Assembly (NCBI GenBank): GCA_900128565.1
Contig: LT635951.1
Location: forward strand, 1-34,634
From: Stramenopiles sp. TOSAG23-6
Lineage: Eukaryota
DNA: 34,634 nucleotides
Direction: 5' to 3'
Part shown: positions 32,128 to 34,634 of the stretch, one piece after another
Layout: every line of letters starts with the position of its first letter
Numbering within the stretch: the first letter of the stretch is position 1
Notes under the pieces: generated by a model
Database searches by the model: none
The model's input: the letters and a program-made list of their open reading frames with translations, nothing else
What the model was told of the DNA's origin: nothing
Program-made: the position numbers and the translations under genes

Positions 32128-34584
32128 ATGCAGAAATTTCTTTTTCTTTTGATATCATTGCTTAGTACTCCAACCAGTCTCGGGTGCTACGTAAACAAGG
32201 AATCGGGTCTTCTTTGTTCTCATAATGGATATTGCGACAGACAGGTCTGTAAATGCTGGGAAGGTTACGAAGGTCCAGCATGCGAGTATCGAACGTGCCC
32301 AAAAGGGAAAGCCTGGTCTGATTATGCAATTGGTCCTGATAATGCTCACAATCTTTCCGTCTGCTCGGGCAGGGGCACCTGTGACACAAACACAGGACAG
32401 TGTATATGCCTTCCTAATTTTGAAGGTGTAGCGTGTGACAAACTTAGGTGCCCTGGTGCGCCTTTGTGTGGTGGACACGGTAGATGTCTATCGCAAGAAG
32501 ATAACTCTCTTAATATATATGGTATGCAGTATTCGCACTGGGATAAAGATATGATTTTTGGTTGTGTCTGTGATGAAGGTTGGTTCGGTTCTGACTGTTT
32601 ACTTCGTATATGCCCTACAGGTGATGACAAAATGACAACTGGACAAGTCAATGAAAAGCAGTTAATCAAGTGTGATGGTGATATGGACCCAAGCGCAGAG
32701 ACGTATTTTTATGTTGGGTTCATGGGTGAGTGGACTCGAAAAATATATTTTAAAGATACAAAGGATGAATTTACCAAAAAATTGGAAGAGCTCAAAACAA
32801 TTGGCTCAGTTGGAGTTGTGTTCAAGAATACAGAAATGAACCAAATCTGTTCACATGATGACCCTAATGGATTTGGAGCATCTCAAGAAGCACAAATTGC
32901 CGAAATCGAGTTCACCGAACAGTATGGAGATCTACCGCCCCTTCGAGTTATAGTGCCAGAAGGTGGTCCTATAGTTGAAGTTGCGTGTGATACACAAAAC
33001 GAGTGGAGCCAATGTACAAGCACGACACTTGATATTAAGGGGCAAAGTGGTAATACTCAGACATCTTCGGCTGTAATGGGAACAAAGGAGGAATCTCAAT
33101 GTGCAGGACGCGGAACATGTGATTATACAACTGGAATTTGTACGTGTTTTTATCCCTTTATATCTTCCGGTACTCGAGGTGATTGTGGCGATACACAAAC
33201 AGGTATATCACCTTATGATTGTCCAGGAGAGACGCGATGTTCAGGACATGGACAATGTAGTGATTCACCCCAGTATGTATGTACTTGTCAAAATGGTTGG
33301 ACTAGTGCGTCTTGTCACGAGCGTACATGTCCTCAGGGACCGGCTTGGTTTGGTGCACCGGAAGGAGTCGATAATTCACACAGACAAATGGAGTGTTCTA
33401 ATAGAGGAATTTGTGACATAACTACAGGAACGTGCTCATGTTTCGATGGCTTTGAAGGAGATGCATGCCAAACTATGGCTTGTGCGGTCAGTGAAGACAA
33501 TTCCGAACTTGGTATGTGTAGTGGTCATGGTACCTGTCTAACAATGAAAGATGTAGCAAAATTTTCAGACAACAATGGTGACTTAATTGAAAATGCTTCA
33601 TATGGTTTAGTGCCAAATAATGAAAGTACTTGGGACTTTGATCAAATCAAACATTGTCATTGTGACGCTGGTTACACTGGCATTGGTTGTGCCGATCGTG
33701 AATGTCCAAGAACAGATGACATTAATACCCTTGGAGAAAATGAAGTACAAAAAATTACATGTGGAACGCAAAGCAGCAGAGGCTGCTTCAGCGAAGAATC
33801 AGGTAAACGTCTTGGCAGTTCCGATCTTGTGGTGGGTAGTGCCATAAACACATCATCCCTGGCGACATCAACCGATGATCTGTACGATACCCTTCATGAA
33901 GCCTTGCATGAATGCCACAGTAATTCCAGTTGCACGGGTGTATTGAAAGCCCGGAATGGTGTTTATCAAAATTCAAGTTGGACGGAGAACCCAAGGGTTA
34001 ATGGTGTATATGAATATAAATATGGCTTACGAACAAATCCTCCAAGTGAAACAAACACTTTGATAGATTCGGCAGGCCAAACTTCATATGTGTTGGAGGA
34101 CTGTAAATTTAAACTTACTTTTCGGCAGCAAAGTACACCCTTTTTCACTAAAACTAGCACAGCTCAAAATGTCATAGATGAGTTTAACAAACTATCAACA
34201 GTTGTTACAGACGGTGTCAAAATTTCAGTTCATACAACCAACGATAAATTATGCCCCGAAGAAGCTATCAGCAGTTTTAGTCTGACATTTGAACGCGATT
34301 ATGGTGACTTGCCTGATGTAAAGTTTGAAGGTTCCAAATTTGGATGGGTATCAATTAGAGACTCGAATTTTGTTAATTCAACAAGTGTACTTGTCGAAGA
34401 GACTACTAAAGGAACCAAGGAAAATGTTATTTGTGGTAACCATGGCCTTTGCGATTACACCACTGGCGAGTGTGATTGCGCTGTTGGTTATGCCGCATCA
34501 GATGGTGCTGGGAAAAAAGGTAATATTCGTGACTGTGGATATCGACTCCCAACAGTAGGTGGAGGTGGTGGCGAAGGTGAATAA
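32128..34584 (+). CDS. secreted EGF/tenascin-like Cys-rich protein, tubular mastigoneme (Sig1/Ocm1-like) family, about 818 aa
   Basis: Signal peptide MQKFLFLLISLLSTPTSLG; two copies of the module RTCPxGxAW...CSxRGxCDxxTGxCxC..FEGxAC...GHGxC...WD...CxCDxG..GxxC..RxCP..DD, typical of stramenopile flagellar hair proteins. Confidence 0.85.
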   Translation: MQKFLFLLISLLSTPTSLGCYVNKESGLLCSHNGYCDRQVCKCWEGYEGPACEYRTCPKGKAWSDYAIGPDNAHNLSVCSGRGTCDTNTGQCICLPNFEGVACDKLRCPGAPLCGGHGRCLSQEDNSLNIYGMQYSHWDKDMIFGCVCDEGWFGSDCLLRICPTGDDKMTTGQVNEKQLIKCDGDMDPSAETYFYVGFMGEWTRKIYFKDTKDEFTKKLEELKTIGSVGVVFKNTEMNQICSHDDPNGFGASQEAQIAEIEFTEQYGDLPPLRVIVPEGGPIVEVACDTQNEWSQCTSTTLDIKGQSGNTQTSSAVMGTKEESQCAGRGTCDYTTGICTCFYPFISSGTRGDCGDTQTGISPYDCPGETRCSGHGQCSDSPQYVCTCQNGWTSASCHERTCPQGPAWFGAPEGVDNSHRQMECSNRGICDITTGTCSCFDGFEGDACQTMACAVSEDNSELGMCSGHGTCLTMKDVAKFSDNNGDLIENASYGLVPNNESTWDFDQIKHCHCDAGYTGIGCADRECPRTDDINTLGENEVQKITCGTQSSRGCFSEESGKRLGSSDLVVGSAINTSSLATSTDDLYDTLHEALHECHSNSSCTGVLKARNGVYQNSSWTENPRVNGVYEYKYGLRTNPPSETNTLIDSAGQTSYVLEDCKFKLTFRQQSTPFFTKTSTAQNVIDEFNKLSTVVTDGVKISVHTTNDKLCPEEAISSFSLTFERDYGDLPDVKFEGSKFGWVSIRDSNFVNSTSVLVEETTKGTKENVICGNHGLCDYTTGECDCAVGYAASDGAGKKGNIRDCGYRLPTVGGGGGEGE

Positions 34585-34634
34585 TATGGAAAAATATCTC
34601 GTAGGTAGAATGATAAATAATATATAACTTATCT

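Overview
AT-rich, gene-dense eukaryotic genomic DNA, most likely from a flagellated stramenopile (stramenopile-type 18S rDNA 5' end at 1-564, and a tubular-mastigoneme-like EGF protein at the right end). It holds about 16 protein-coding genes: RNase Z/ELAC2, a giant IQ/WW/B-box/EF-hand protein, a TPR protein, a SET protein, a TBC Rab-GAP, an SMP/Gly-rich protein, an F-box-like methyltransferase, a RELCH-like N-terminus, CCZ1, a PA-domain protein, an RNF8-like FHA-RING ligase, TRAPPC1 and others. The main signal is a family of ten related 91-105 nt intervening sequences that interrupt six genes, always in the sense orientation. Their consensus is NN|GTAYGT(T-rich)...TTTTCRTACGAAATTTYGTACCTAAC...AAATATTTTYCACAATAY-NN|. 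None ends in AG. In 9 of 10 copies the last two nucleotides repeat the two exon nucleotides just before the element (AT x7, AA, TT). Removing the element plus one dinucleotide copy restores the frame and conserved motifs (RING CAPC, TBC YQQGMN, methyltransferase VEHN). The family includes a back-to-back pair, a GA-starting copy, a probable chimeric copy and an antisense relic read as protein. This looks like a non-canonical, introner-like intron (or DNA-excision) system. Splicing is inferred from reading frames only; there are no RNA data here.
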